NCBI GenBank assembly: GCA_002269645.1 | Contig: NIVC01001517.1 | Location: 62,001-126,000 of the forward strand | DNA from: Macrostomum lignano | Lineage: Eukaryota | DNA length: 64,000 nucleotides | Direction of reading: 5' to 3' | In this document: piece by piece, positions 39,510 to 53,418 of the stretch | How the letters are laid out: every line of letters begins with the position of its first letter | Position numbering within the stretch: the stretch's first letter is position 1 | Notes under the pieces: model-generated | The model's database searches: none | The model's input: only the letters and a program-made list of their open reading frames with translations | What the model was told of the DNA's origin: nothing | Made by a program: the position numbers and the translations under genes

Positions 39510-42500
39510 CTTTGCCAGTCTCGGACAGAGCTCTGGTCGTCTCGTCTATCGTGATTGCCTTCCTCAGCAACTGCCTGTACATCGCCCAGATTGTGCTGCT
39601 GGTGCGCAAGAAGTGCAGCTACAACTACATCAAGCTGGCGTCCACCCTGCTGGCTCTGTACCCGGTGGGTTCCCCGGACTTGGCTTGTCAGTCTGCACTT
39701 TTGTCCTGTATAGTAGCGGGGTTTTCAGGAGCACCGGCTCGACAAGGCTAAATGGAATTTAGCATACGTTGGAGTCAGAGAATCCTAAATGATGACAGAG
39801 GATCCAGGGGTGTCAGAGGATCCAGGGTTTGCCTGGGGATCCAGAGGTGTCAGAGAATCCAGGGTTTGCCTGGAGATCCAGAGGTGTCAGAGAATTCAGG
39901 GTTTGCCTGGGGATCCAGAGGTGTCAGAGAATTCAGGGTTTGCCTGGAGATCCAGAGGTGTCAGAGAATTCAGGGTTTGCCTGGGGATCCAGAGGTGTCA
40001 GAGAATTCAGGGTTTGCCTGGGGATCCAGAGGTGTCAGAGAATCCAGGGTTTGCCGCCTGGAGATCCAGGGTTGCCAGAGGATCCAGGGTTGTCAGAGGA
40101 TCCAGGGGTGCAATATTTCCAGGTGCCAGAGGTTTCGGAAGAAACCAAAAGCAACTCAATCTTCATTCTCGCATCGCAGGTTTACCAGAACCTCAGCTGC
40201 ATCGCAATGATAATACCGAGGGCCGTGTCCTTCATTACTGTGCTGGTTGGAGCGTAAGTGTACTTTTAGGCATTCTGTTTGTCTGCAAGTCACTTAGACT
40301 GTGCTGAGAAGGCTTCGGATTGTGTCTGTAGGTCATAGAGGTGTTTGTAAGCTTCTGGGGTTGTGTCTGTCAGTCATAGAGGTGTCTGTAAGTCATAGAG
40401 GTGTCTGTAAGCCTCTGGGGTTGTGTCTGTAAGTTATAGTGTCTGTAAGTCATACGAGGTGTCTGTAAATCATAGAGGTGTCTGTAAGTCATAGAGGTGT
40501 CTGTGAACCATCGGGGTTGTGCCTGTAAGTCAGGTGTCTGTAAGTCATAGAGGTGTCTGTAAGCCTCTGGGGTTGTGTCTGTAAGTTATAGTGTCTGTAA
40601 GTCATAGGAGGTGTCTGTAAATCATAGAGGTGTCTGTAAGTCATAGAGGTGTCTGTGAACCATCGGGGTTGTGCCTGTAAGTCAGGTGTCTGTAAGTCAT
40701 AGAGGTGTCTGTAAGTCATAGAGGTGTCTGTGAACCATAGGGGTTGTGCCTGTAAGTCAGGTGTCTGTAAGTCATAGAGGTGTCTGTAAGCCTCTGGGGT
40801 TGTGTCTGTAAGTTATAGTGTCTGTAAGTCATAGGAGGTGTCTGTAAATCATAGAGGTGTCTGTAAGTCATAGAGGTGTCTGTGAACCATCGGGGTTGTG
40901 CCTGTAAGTCAGGTGTCTGTAAGTCATAGAGGTGTCTGTGAGTCATAGAGGTGTCTGTGAACCATAGGGGTTGTGCCTGTAAGTCAGGTGTCTGTAAGTC
41001 ATAGAGGTGTCTGTAAGCCTCTGGGGTTGTGTCTGTAAGTTATAGTGTCTGTAGGTCATAGGAGGTGTCTGTAAATCATAGAGGTGCCCATAAGTCATAG
41101 AGGTGTCTGTGAACCATCGGGGTTGTGCCTGTAAGTCAGGTGCCTGTAAGTCATAGAGGTGTGTGGAAGTTGTGTCTGTTGTGTCTGTAAGTCATCAAGA
41201 TAGGCCTTCCCCGCCCCTGGCAACCGCAGGTACACAATGATCGTGTTTAACGACTTCTCCAACATGATGTCCTTCGTGTTCGGGGGATTCCGGCGCCTGC
41301 TGGACAAGATGGACGGCCAGGAGCTGCAGCGGCCGCGGCTTTGCTCGTGCTTGCCGAAGACCTACTGGACCAAGTGGGTGCTTCTCTAGGGTGCTGAAAT
41401 GCTTTTTGTGTCCTGAAGTTTTATTGGTACATGCTAATGGTGCTATTGTTAGTAACACCATTAGGACTAGCGCAAAGCAGGATAGAATTTCCTCCATTGC
41501 CTGCTGCTGATTTCTATCGTAATAGATTGTCTACTGTCAGTAGTAGACTTCCACTGTCTGTAGTAGACGTCCACTGTCTGTAGTAGACTTCTACTGTCTT
41601 CTGTCTGTAAAGTAGACTTCTACCTTCTGTAGTAGACTTCTACTGTATGTGGTAGACTGTCCTCTGTCTGTAATAGACTTCTACTGTCTGTAGTAGACTG
41701 ACCACTGTCTGTAGTAGACTGTCCACTCTGTGTCGCAGACTGACCACTGTTTGTAGTAGACTTCTACTGTCTGTAGTAGGCTGTCTACTGTTACTGTTTA
41801 CAGCAATAGTCAGACTGTTCTCTGTAATGATCTGTCAAGAGTCAAAGTAGACAAGTCTGCTGTCAACTCTACTGCTGTAGATAATTGACTGTTTGACTAC
41901 CTACTGTAAGTCTGTAGTAGGCATTCTGATCCCTGTCCCGCAGGAGGCGAGTGGTGGTGACGCGGGCCCTGGTGCGGCAGGGCAAGCTGGTGTACTACAT
42001 CTACGTTGTGCTGGCGGCCATCCTGCTGCTCAACGGCAACTACGAGAAGCGGCCGCTGGAGGTGAACCGGCCGCTGTTCTGGCTCAGTGTGATCGCTGGG
42101 ATCAGCCGCTTCGCCGCCACCATCTCTCTGGTGGCCTTCGTTCGCTCCGTCATCAAGGTGCTGACCGGGTACAGCTTGGGCAGGAAGTTTGTCGCCCTGC
42201 AGATCATCAACATTTTCCACCTGGTCACCAGCATCGCCACCACCTTTCTGAAGTCCCGGAACCTGCCGATTAGCAGCTACGGGCTCGTGTCTGCCGATAA
42301 CAGGATCGACTGTGAGTGCTGGCACTCTGAATCCCTGTGTCTGTCACTCTGGCTCACTGTCTGTCACTCTGGCCCCACTGTCCGTCACTCTGGCTCACTT
42401 TCTGTCACTCTGGCTCACTGTCTGTCACTCTGGCCCCACTGTCCGTCACTCTGGCTCACTTTCTGTCACTCTGGCTCACTGTCTGTCACTCTGGCCCACT

Positions 42501-43398
42501 GTCCGTCACTCTGGCTCACTTTCTGGCACTCTGGCTCACTGTCTGTCACTCTGGCTCACTTTCTATCACTCTGGCTCACTGTCTGTCACTCTGGCTCACT
42601 TTCTGTCACTCTGGCTGACTGTCTGTCACTCTGGCCCACTGTCCGTCACTATGGCCCACTGTCCGTCACTCTGGCTCACTTTCTGGCACTCTGGCTCACT
42701 GTCTGTCACTCTGGCTCACTGTCTGTCACTCTGGCTCATTTTCTGGCCCTCTGGCTCACTGTCTGTCACTCTGGCTCCCTTTGTTTATCACTCTGGCTCA
42801 CTGTGCCTGTCACCCTGGCTCACAGTGCTTGTCACTCTGGCTCACTGTCTATCCCCCTGGCTCACTGCCTGTCACTCTGGCCCACTGTCTGGCACACTTG
42901 CTCACGTCTGGCACTCTCACTATGGCTCACTGTTCCTGTCACTCTGGCTCCCTACTAATGCCAGAAGAGTCCCAGGTCAGATGGAAGTCTACCAGTAGGT
43001 CATAGAGTTCAGAGGTCATGGAGGTCAGAGGTGCCTGTTTTTATCCAGAGTTCCCAGCCGGCACAGTCGCTCCACCCGCAGTGTACGGCAACTTCGCCGT
43101 GATGATAGTGACCACCCTGTGCCAGCTGTGGGCGTTCGTCCTGTTCCACCGGTCGCCCAGGCCAAACGATCAGCCCGGGCAGTTCGGAGTTCCGCCCGCG
43201 ACGCCGGCCGCAGCGGCGGGTCAGGAGCGGCAGCCGCAGGTGCAGCCGAGGCGGACCTCATCGAGCTACACGGTGGACACGGTGCAGTCCAGCGTCGCCT
43301 CCGGTGTGGTTGACGACTCGGTGCGCCAGGTGGTGGAGGAGGACGAGCTGTACGAAGTTCCGGTGCAGCCCAGGCTGCGAGTGAGCGAGGCTGTCTGA
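39510..43398 (+). CDS. Organic solute transporter alpha-like (SLC51A/TMEM184 superfamily); exons ~39510-39664, 40180-40253, 41230-41373, 41944-42311, 43082-43398; 5'-most exon not found
   Basis: In-phase GT-AG exons give a multi-TM protein with IIPRA, FGGF..LL, a C-x-C cluster (LCSCLP), RKFVALQ and a final TM helix, matching the OST-alpha layout. Confidence 0.82.
39795..40125. repeat. 37-bp intronic minisatellite
   Basis: Unit GATCCAGAGGTGTCAGAGAATTCAGGGTTTGCCTGGG. Confidence 0.92.
40315..41195. repeat. Composite ~19-bp intronic minisatellite with ~227-bp higher-order repeat
   Basis: GTCATAGAGGTGTCTGTAA core; near-identical blocks 40489-40719 and 40716-40946. Confidence 0.9.
41525..41790. 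repeat. Degenerate ~21-bp intronic repeat
   Basis: GTAGTAGACTTCTACTGTCT-like units. Confidence 0.8.
42320..42950. repeat. 20-bp intronic minisatellite
   Basis: Unit CACTCTGGCTCACT[G/T]TCTGT. Confidence 0.93.
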
Positions 43399-43518
43399 GT
43401 CCCTAGGATTGCTGGGAGCCCAGGTGGTCAGCAAACGGCAAAGAAGGCTAAAAGAAGTCAAAGGAAAATCAATGAAAAGTTATGAAAGCTCAAAAAAAGA
43501 TGAAAGAAGGGGAAAGAA

Positions 43519-44066
43519 GGTCAATAAAGGTCAATAAAGGTCAATAAAGATCAATAAAGGTCAATAAAGATCAATAAAGGTCAATAAAGGTCAATAAATG
43601 TCAATAAATATCAATAAAGTTCAATAAAAATCAATAAAGGTCAATAAAGGTCAATAAAGGTCAATAGAGGTCAATAAATATCAATAAAGTTCAATAAAGA
43701 TCAATAAAGGTCAATAAAGATCAATAAAGGTCAATAAAGGTCAATAAATGTCAATAAATATCAATAAAGTTCAATAAAAATCAATAAAGGTCAATAAAGG
43801 TCAATAAAGGTCAAATTGTCAATAAAGGTCAATAGAGGTCAATAAATATCAATAAAGTTCAATAAAAATCAATAAAGGTCAATAAAGGTCAATAAAGGTC
43901 AATAGAGGTCAATAAATATCAATAAAGTTCAATAAAAATCAATAAAGGTCAACAAAGATCAATAAAGGTTCATAAAGGTCAATAAAGGTCAGAAATGGCA
44001 GTAGAAATTCATAAAAGGTCAATAAATGTCAATAAAGGTTAATAAAGGTCAATAAAGATCAATACA
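43519..44066. repeat. 10-bp tandem repeat (GGTCAATAAA)n
   Basis: Direct reading. Confidence 0.96.
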
Positions 44067-45244
44067 GGTGCATAAAGGGGAATTAACAATAAGCGCAGGA
44101 CAATGGCCGCAATACACTTTTGGATGCACTACTATTTCAGTAGTATATTGTATGTATATGCAATGCAGTGCATAATTAATCCTGAAGCAGTTTGATTACA
44201 TTTTTAAATTGCTATTTTTGGCCTCTAAATTTTAGATGCACTATTAACAAGACAAAGGTCGTTTTTTATATTAAAATAAGCACAATTGTTACTCTGCCGA
44301 ATAAATTTGTTATTTTTAGAACATATAAATAGTATTATTTACCATTCTTGACTATATTTAATAATTTATATCAGTTTTTTTTACTTTTGTTTATTCCTCC
44401 TACAAAAAACAAGTTTCAGGCTTGCCAAAATTTAACCTGAAAAAGATTTGTTTTAATGCTTCTTATTTTTTAACGTGTTTTGAGTGTCAAAAATTACAGA
44501 GAGCTAAAATTTCTGAGAGCTTCCAAAAAGTTTTTTCTCTAACAAAAATTTTAACAGTAAAACCCATTTACACTACTGAAGGATAAATTCTAACAGTAGT
44601 ATCAAGGTAAATACTTTACCAGCACAGACTAAACGGGGCCTCAAAAAGAATTGGCAAATCAAGCCAGCCTGTCTGTCTAAAAGCATCGAATTCGGATTTC
44701 GAACCTGTCCAAGGGAACATCGATCGAGAGATGCGGAACCGGTATGAATGATTTTTAAGGACCCGAGTATCAGAGAGAATGCACTGACCAAGGCAAGCCC
44801 GAGAGATGTCTATCAAGCCCATCCCATCGGGGAATTCCAGCAACAGTTATAACAAAGATGAAGAATTTCCTGCTTCAGGAGATAGGGATGGAGCGCCAGT
44901 TCCTCGATATTGGCTTTTTATTTGCTGCTTTTATTTGCCTCTGACCTTCTTTGTCCGACCCGGGCCGGCCTTGAATAACAACCACTTTATAGTCTATGGC
45001 TTTGAGGGGAGCAATTACTGCGGGAATTCCCTGCGCTCCAGCTGACTGACAGGTCCGCGTTGCGTCACTGAAAGGGGGGTCCGAGATGCTCTGCTTTATC
45101 AGCGGGCAGACATCTGCAATCTGCCTGCTATCGCAGAGCCATCTTGAAAATTCTTGATTTTCGAGAAAAATACCTTTATGCTTAATTTTATTTTTTGATG
45201 GGCACTTGAGAGAAAGTTTGAATAAAACTGCTTGGAACGGTTAC

Positions 45245-46635
45245 TGATAGACACATGAGACAGGGTGAGAATGGAGATTATTGGAGACATGAGACAGGGT
45301 GAGAATGGAGATTAACGGAGACGTGAGACGGGGTGAGAATGGAAATTAACGGAGACATGAGATAGGGTGAGAATGGAGATTAACGGAGACATGAGATGGG
45401 GTGAGAATGGAGATTAATGGAGACATGAAAAAGGTGAGAATGGAGATTGATAAAGACATAAGACACGTGAGAATGGAGATTGATGGAGACACGAAACAGG
45501 GTGAGAATGGAGATTAATGGAGACATGAGACAGGGTGAGAATGGAGATTAACGGAGACATGAGATAGGGTGAGAATGGAGATTAACGGAGACATGAGATA
45601 GGGTGAGAATGGAGATTAAAGGAGACATGAGACACGTGAGAATGGAGATTAATGGAGACACGAGACAGGTGAGAATGGAAATTGATAAAGACATAAGACA
45701 CGTGAGAATGGAGATTGATAAAGACATAAGACACGTGAGAATGGAGATTAATGGAGACATGAGACAGGTGAGAATGGAGATTAATGGAGACATGAGACAG
45801 GTGAGAATGGAGATTAATGGAGACATAAGATAGGGTGAGAATGGAGATTAATGGAGACACGAGACAGGGTGAGAATGGAGATTGATAAAGACATAAGACA
45901 CGTGAGAATGGAGATTGATGGAGACATGAGACCGGGTGAGAATGGAGATTAATGGAGACATGAGACACGTGAGAATGGAGATTAATGGAGACATGAGACA
46001 CGTGAGAATGGAGATTAATGGAGACATGAGACAGGTGAGAATGGAGATTAATGGAGACATGAGACACGTGAGAATGGAGATTAATGGAGACATGAGACAC
46101 GTGAGAATGGAGATTAATGGAGACATGAGACACGTGAGAATGGAGATTAATGGAGACATGAGACAGGTGAGAATGGAGATTAATGGAGACATAAGATAGG
46201 TGAGAATGGAGATTAACGGAGACATGAGACAGGGTGAGAATGGAGATTAACGGAGACACGAGACAGGTGAGAATGGAGATTAACGGAGACATGAGACACG
46301 GTGAGAATGGAGATTAATGGAGACATGAGAAAGGTGAGAATGGAGATTGATAAAGACATAAGACACGTGAGAATGGAGATTAATGGAGACATGAGACAGA
46401 GTGAGAATGGAGATTAATGGAGATATGAGAAAGGTGAGAATGGAGATTGATAAAGACATAAGACACGTGAGAATGGAGATTGATGAAGACTTGAGACAGG
46501 TGAGAATGGAGATTAATGGACATTAATGAGACAGGAGAGAATGGAGATTGATAAAGACATAAGACAGGTGAGAATGGAGATTAATGGAGACACGAGACAG
46601 GTGAGAATGGAGATTAATGGAGATATGAGATAGGT
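45245..46635. repeat. 33/34-bp purine-rich minisatellite
   Basis: Unit GTGAGAATGGAGATTAATGGAGACATGAGACA[G/C]. Confidence 0.96.
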
Positions 46636-47387
46636 GAATGGTTGCTAGAGAAGTTCTGCTCAAGTTTTTGAAACTTAAATTCGGCAGTGAGGTCATTAAA
46701 CTGTCAGTTTTTCTAAACTAATTGGCTCGGCAAGTTCTGCACAATGGGAGGTGCCATAACACGACCTGAACAAGAGTTTTGGCAAAAAATCGAGGGCCAT
46801 TGGCTCCGCCTTTGACTCGCAACGCAAGCAATTGTGACTCTGATAATTGTATTGAATTAAAAAACTTTTAACAGAAAAAACTCACCTCATCCAGCCCCAT
46901 CATTATCCTTCCGTGCAGCCTCCCGCTGCTTATCCTCTCTTCTCCATCACCCAGACTCATTTTTATTCATGGATCCGATAGGAGGAGACTCGCACGGAAG
47001 TCAGGCGGGTCCTGAAGTGGCCTCACCTGCCCGGCTGGAAAGACCTGTTGTCTGTTGTGGTAGCCCCCTCCCCTCCCGCAAACCACTGCCCAGCAACTGC
47101 CCGGCAACCGGCTTGAAGGGAGTGGAGATAACATAATGAGGGCTTGCAAGGTTTTTTTGAAACTCTCACAGCTCTTGGAATTAAAAACAGTTTTGTAATT
47201 CATAGCAATTAAAGATGCGCTGTGACCGAAGTTCCATGGGCATGCGGGCGGGACCGGCTCCCCGCACCTGACATATTTTGTGCTTAAGAGGCCTAGCGGG
47301 GGAGCTTTGGGAAGGCGTGTAAGGAGTTTCCTGTGACATCCAGAAGCTGAACTTTAGCGATGAAGCCACAAAAATAAATTAAGTCTT

Positions 47388-47745
47388 TGGCGCCCAAATG
47401 GTCATTGGCGCCCAAATGGAGTCAGTGGCGCCAAAATGGAATCAGTGGCGCCAAAATGGAGTCAGTGGCGCCAAAATGGAATCAGTGCCGCCCAAATGGG
47501 AGTCAGTGGCGCCAAAATGGAATCAGTGCCGCCCAAATGGGAGTCAGTGGCGCCAAAATGGAATCAGTGGCGCCAAAATGGAACCAGTGGCGCTCAAAAT
47601 GGAATCAGTGACGCCAAAATGGAATCAGTGGCGCCAAAATGGAGTAATTGGCGCCCAAATGGAATCAGTGGCGCTCAAAATGGAATCAGTGGCGCCCAAA
47701 ATGGAATCAGTGGCGCTAAAACAGCGCTAAAGTGGCGCCCAAAAT
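47388..47745. repeat. 20-bp minisatellite
   Basis: Unit GTGGCGCCAAAATGGAATCA. Confidence 0.94.
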
Positions 47746-48422
47746 GAAACCAGTGTCGCAGAAAAGAACCAGGCCGTGAGCCAGAAGCAGTCAGATCAGA
47801 TGCCGTTCCTAAAAAAATTTCCCCTTTGCGTCTCCCAGACATTTGATTTGTTTTTGTTCCCTGTTAACTGCTGCCTGCTCAATCCGCGCCCTTCGATTAC
47901 GAGGTACCTACGACCCCAGCCTCTCTACAAAAAAATCCCCAATCAAGATGTTCCCCGTCAAAGTAGCTCGGGACCGACTGGCAGTCAGTCAGGCAGGCAG
48001 TCAGTCAGTCAGGCAGGCTTGATTGACAAGTTCCAACCTGGCTGAGGGGTCCGCGAAGCCGGCAAGCCCGGTTTGTTTTCTCAGCCCAAACCCCCGGATG
48101 GCCTGGCGCGGGGGGCAGGAGGGGTTCAAGACGGGGAAAGCAGTTCCATATCGTGTAGTTCATTAGCTCATGCTTAGCAAAATATACTTAGGGATAAATA
48201 GTGTCTGACAATGCGAGAAGCTGGAGCTGGGGATCGGAGCAGCTGGGGCGCCTCAAACCCTGCAGGCGCTGACCTCTGCAACAGGTTGCGGACCTGCTTG
48301 TGGGTCAGAGACCAGGCCAGGTGCCCACGGGAGTGGCGGATCCGGGATCCGATGGGAGGAGAGTTTGATGCAGATCCGCGTGTTCGATGTTCAGAAAATT
48401 GGAGATTTGTAATTGTGAAAGC

Positions 48423-49727
48423 CCCCTTACGAGGGGCTGAACACTATCCTTAACCTACCTCCGCTTCACCTATTTATTAGGGCGGAGGCTATGAAGTCTG
48501 CCTCCCGGCTTATCAGAGATAAAACGTTGAATAACGCGCCCTCTGGCTTTATGCCAATGAAAACATTAATCCCGCATATGGACTTTGTCCGCCGCGACCT
48601 TAACAACATCCACATGGACCTGGGCAATGTGGATAGTCGACCTCCCGCCCTCAACATCAGGAGGGGCTTCAAGACCGCCATCCCTGGCCGAGACAACATT
48701 CCGCTGGATGTCGGTGTGAACCGGCGCAGCCAGGGCATTCACTGCTTCACCGACGGCTCGCTGTTCAACGGCCGCGCTGGAGCGGGTATTGCCATTTTCC
48801 ACGAGGGTAAGATGCTTCTCCAGGAAAGTCTGCACCTCGGTGAGAACACCTCAGTTTTCCAAGCTGAAATTTGCGCCATCGAGCAGTGTGCCCAGCAACT
48901 GTTTCAGGCGAACATTAATAATTTTGACATTAATTTCTACACTGATAGCCAAGCTGCTATTAAGGCCTTAACCACTGAGAATATCTCCGCTGCTACAGTA
49001 TCTCAATGCCACCGCAGTGTGCAATCTCTCTCAGTCCTTAACAGGATTAGAATTATCTGGACACCTGGTCACAGCAACATCCTGGGCAACGAGCTCGCAG
49101 ACTCTCTCGCCAAGGAGGGCAGCAACCCAGACGGCAACCACCGTCTGATGAGGCTACCCACCCCCAGGTCGCAAGTCACCCGCCATATCAACAGGTGGCT
49201 CCATCAGCAGCACCAGCTCCACTGGAACAGCTGCACCGAGTACAGGCAGAGCCGCTCTGCCATGCCTAACCTGAACAGGAAAGTCTCTGATTATCTGATT
49301 TCGCTTAACAGAACCGACCTCAGGGAGATGTGCATGGTCCTAACCGGCCACGGATTCTTCCAGAGACATATATCGTTGCAAACCGGTTGCCCTCCCACCT
49401 GCCCCTTCTGTGGCATAGGAGAGGAGACCGCGGAGCATCACGTCACCTTCTGCCCTTACTTCAACAAGGCGCGGCACAAATACCTCGGCCACCCCCAGCG
49501 GATGGACGAGCTGACCACCGCGGACAATATCCGAGACCTCCGCGCCTTCGTCCGGGACTCCGGCCGGATGAGGGTCGCCGATGCCTCCACTGCGGACCTG
49601 CCGACTACTGGCGGGGACTGGGCGCACCCCCAAGGCTAATCCTTGTGCTCTTTTACCTTGGGGTTGCGATAGGGGCCTCGCGGCCTATTCGCGGCGCCTG
49701 CGCCCCCCGTCAGTAGTAAGTAAGTAA
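48423..49727 (+). mobile_element. 5'-truncated copy of the Loa/R1-group LINE (RNase H + CCHC + 3' UTR)
   Basis: 14-bp TSD GTAATTGTGAAAGC at 48409-48422 and 49728-49741, (TAAG)n tail. 5 differences in 914 nt versus 63087-64000. ORF 48491-49639 has FTDGS, AEICAI, TDSQAA, WTPGH..GNELAD and CPFC..H..C. Confidence 0.95.
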
Positions 49728-49764
49728 GTAATTGTGAAAGCAACGGCTTAATAAGATAAAAGAG

Positions 49765-50325
49765 TGGGGCAGAGTGAGGTGAAGTGAGGTGGAGTGAGGT
49801 GGAGTGAGGTAGAATGGGGCAGAGTGAGGTAGACTGACGTAAAAGAGTGACGTAGAGTGAGGTGGAGTGAGGTGGAGTGAGGTGGAGTGAGGCGGAGTGA
49901 GGTGGAGTGAGGTGGAGTGAGGTGGAGTGAGGTGGAGTGAGGTGGAGTGAGATGGAGTGAGGTGGAGTGAGGTGGAGTGAGGTGGAGTGAGATGGAGTGA
50001 GATGGAGTGAGGTGGAGTGAGGTGGAGTGAGGTAGAATGGGGCAGAGTGAGGTGGAGTGAGGTAGAGTGGGGCAGAGTGAGGTAGACTGACGTAAAAGAG
50101 TGACGTAGAGTGAGGTGGAGTGAGGTGGAGTGAGGTGGAGTGAGGTGGAGTGAGGTGGAGTGAGTTGGAGTGAGATGGAGTGAGGTGGAGTGAGGTGGAG
50201 TGAGGTGGAGTGAGGTGGAGTGAGGTGGAGTGAGGTGGAGGGAGGTGGAGTGAGGTGGAGTGAGGTGGAGTGAGGTGGAGTGAGATGGAGTGAGGTGGAG
50301 TGAGGTGGAGTGAGAGTGAGGTAGA
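49765..50325. repeat. 10-bp repeat (GTGAGGTGGA)n
   Basis: Direct reading. Confidence 0.95.
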
Positions 50326-50889
50326 GTGACTAGAATGCAAGGGTAGATTGAGGGGGAGTCCAGACACGGCTCAGCCGGAAATTACTGTGTACTGGAGAGC
50401 AGGTCTCCCCATCCGTGCTCAGGCGAGTGGCTGCAATGCAGGAGTTCGGAAGAGCCTGAGGGCAGGAGGCAGCTCGACGTCGAGTTTAGGCTCCCACCTG
50501 GCCTTATCGCCAAACTGAGTCTCAGTTTCAAAAGCAACATTTGCATTTCCTGTCCGATCGAGCTTCGAGAGCCGCGCCCCCGGGCTAAGGAAGGAAGGCA
50601 CGGAAGGAGAGGTGTGATGATGGAGCCAGGGAGAAGTAGATCATGGGGATGGGGGGAGTAGAGACAGAAAGGGAAGATAGACCACAGCACAAGCACACAG
50701 CTTACGAAATAATTCATTGCACGGAATTACATCAACTTTGGTAAACGGAAACTGGGCAGTGATTAATAATAACGAAGGTGAAGTTCAAAGTGTGGGCTTG
50801 GGACTTGGATGACTTTGCTAATGGGACAGGGAAGGGCGATGCTGAAGACAAGGCGGAGTCTGGCTCAAATCGAAATGCAGACATCTCGC

Positions 50890-51775
50890 GAGTGAAAGGG
50901 GAATGAAGGGAGCGTGAAGGGAGAGTGACAGGGGAATGAAGGGAGAGTGAAGGGAGTGTGAAGGGAGAGTGAAAGGAGAGTGAAAGGAGTGTGAAGGGAG
51001 ATTGAAGGGAGAGTGACAGGGGAATGAAGGGAGAGTGAAGGGAGTGTGAAGGGAGAGTGAAGGGAGAGTGACAGGGGAATGAAAGGAGAGTGAAGGGAGT
51101 GTGAAGGGAGAGTGAAGGGAGAGTGAAGGGAGTGTGAAGGGAGAGTGAAGGGAGAGTGAAGGGAGTGTGAAGGGAGTGTGAAGGGAGTGTGAAGGGAGAG
51201 TGAAGGGAGTGTGAAGGGAGAGTGAACGGAATGTGAAGGGAGAGTGAAGGGAGTGTGAAAGGAGAGTGAACGGAGTGTGAAGGGAGAGTGAACGGAGTGT
51301 GAAGGGAGTGTGAAGGGAGTGTGAAGGGAGAATGAAGGGAGAGTCAAAAGGAGAATGAAAGGAGAGTGAAGGAAGTGTGAAGGGAGAGTGAAGGGAGAGT
51401 GAAGGGAGAGTGAAGGGAGTGTGAAGGGAGAGTGAAGGGAGAGTGAAGGGAGAGTGAAGGGAGTGTGAAGGGAGAGTGAAGGGAGAGTGAAGGGAGAGTG
51501 AAGGGAGATTGAAGGGAGAGTCAAAAGGAGAATGAAAGGAGAGTGAAGGAAGTGTGAAGGGAGAGTGAAGGGAGAGTGAAGGGAGAGTGAAGGGAGAGTG
51601 AAGGGAGTGTGAAAGGAGAATGAAAGGAGAGTGAAGGAAGTGTGAAGGGAGAGTGAAGGGAGAGTGAAGGGAGAGTGAAGGGAGTGTGAAGGGAGAGTGA
51701 AGGGAGAGTGAAGGGAGAGTGAAGGGAGTGTGAAGGGAGAGTGAAGGGAGAGTGAAGGGAGAGTGAAGGGAGATG
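50890..51775. repeat. 11-bp polypurine repeat (GTGAAGGGAGA)n
   Basis: Direct reading. Confidence 0.95.
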
Positions 51776-52253
51776 GGAATGGTCAGTATTGGATACTTTC
51801 CAAGCCTCAGTGAAACAAATGAAAAGCAGGTCATTTCAAAAGTTGGCAGGGTTTCTTCAAAAATTGAAACCGCAGAAATGTTCAACCTGACAATCTGCCT
51901 GGCAGGTGCAGAAACGTAAAAGCAACGCTGCTAAAGAGAGCGCCATGGGCCTGCAGGACTCGTCCCCTCTGACGCTGAAGACACCCGCCTGCTCAGCGGG
52001 TGGCCGTCAGTTCCGCTTCTCTTTTCAAACTGGCCTGAAGTTTTCCAAGAAAAACTTTCAAAACCGGAGTCTCCGGCTTTCTCGAGCTGCCGCTGCGCGA
52101 CCGGATTCGGACGGAGGCCATTGGTCAGCGCTGATGGCAGCTTTCAGCACTCCTGGGGAGACCGCGGCTTGACTGACAGCTGGACAGGAGGAGGCAAGGG
52201 GATCAAGGGGATTTGAGGCTTGGCAAAAAGTCCTGCTTTATCTGTGATGGATG

Positions 52254-52254
<1 letters not shown>

Positions 52255-52289
<35 letters not shown>

Positions 52290-52320
52290 GCCTGTCTGTC
52301 TGTCTGTCTGTCTGCCTGCC

Positions 52321-52357
<37 letters not shown>
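52255..52357. repeat. (CTGT)n microsatellite
   Basis: Direct reading. Confidence 0.96.
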
Positions 52358-52769
52358 CCATCTCCCTGATTGTTCAGTCGGATCTGCATTCGGGTGTTGT
52401 CAGGCGGCAGCAGGGCAGCCAGCTGATCCCTCCCGGATCCCAGTATCCAATAGCAGCAGGCCGAATCTGCGTGGCCACCCGCTGAGCAGGCGGGAGCAGA
52501 GCCAGCGGGAGCCGCTGCTCCCAGCCTCCCAGGAGCAGTAATTGGGGAGTCCGCGGGATCCCATGCCCCGGCCGGTTGCGCAACCGCAGCCAGCAGCAGC
52601 AGGGCGTGGATAAACAGCGGCACCCCAGCCGGTGGGCACCGCAGCAACCGCTGGCTTTGATAAACACTGCAACAGAGGAGGCTGATCGGTTTTAAGGAGA
52701 GCTCGAACCAAGCATCTGGAGTGGCCAGTCCTGCTAGGCCCGCCGTTATCGCAGTTTGGTTTCCGTTGA

Positions 52770-53418
52770 GGTCTTGTGAAGTTTAGGTCCTGTGAAGTAC
52801 TCTTGTGAAGTATAGGTCTTGTGTGGTTTAGGTCTTTTGTAGTTTAGGTCTTAGTTTAGGTCTTGTGATCAGTTTAGGTCTTGTGAAGTATAGGTCTTGT
52901 GTGGTTTAGGTCTTTTGTAGTTTAGGTTTTAGTTTAGGTCTTGTGGAGTTTACGTCTTGTGAAGTTTAGGTCTAGTGGAGTTTAGGTCTTGTGGAGTTTA
53001 GGTCTTGTGAAGTTTAGGTCTTGTGAAGTTTAGGTCTTGTGAAGTTTAGGTCTTGTGGAGTTTAGGTCTTGTGAAGTTTAGGTCTTGTGAAGTTTAGGTC
53101 TTGTGGAGTTTAGGTCTTGTTAAGTTTAGGTCTTGTGGAGTATAGGTCTTGTGAAGTTTAGGTCTTGTGGAGTTTAGGTCTTGTGAAGTTTAGGTCCTGT
53201 GAAGTATAGGTCTTGTGTGGTTTAGGTCTTTTGTAGTTTAGGTCTTAGTTTAGGTCTTGTGAAGGTTAGGTCCTGTGAATTTTAGGTTCTGTGAAGTTTA
53301 GGTCTTAGTTTAGGTCTTGTGAAGTTTAGGTCCTGTGAAGTTTAGGTCTTGTGAAGTTTAGGTCTAAGTTTAGGTCTTGTGAAGGTTAGGTCCTGTGAAG
53401 TTTAGGTCTTGTGAAGTT
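52770..53418. repeat. 16-bp minisatellite (GTTTAGGTCTTGTGAA)n
   Basis: Direct reading. Confidence 0.95.

Noticed and set aside
45040-45085. Hammerhead-like CTGA..GA..GAAA
   Set aside because: Spacing is CTGACTGA rather than CUGANGA, and stems I-III could not be formed.
52144-52711. GC-rich segment with signal-peptide-like ORF and flanking acceptor-like sites (unknown exon or alternative Zic 3' exon)
   Set aside because: Three frames are open, there is no ATG in the signal-like frame and no in-phase donor before the microsatellite; a gene model cannot be supported.
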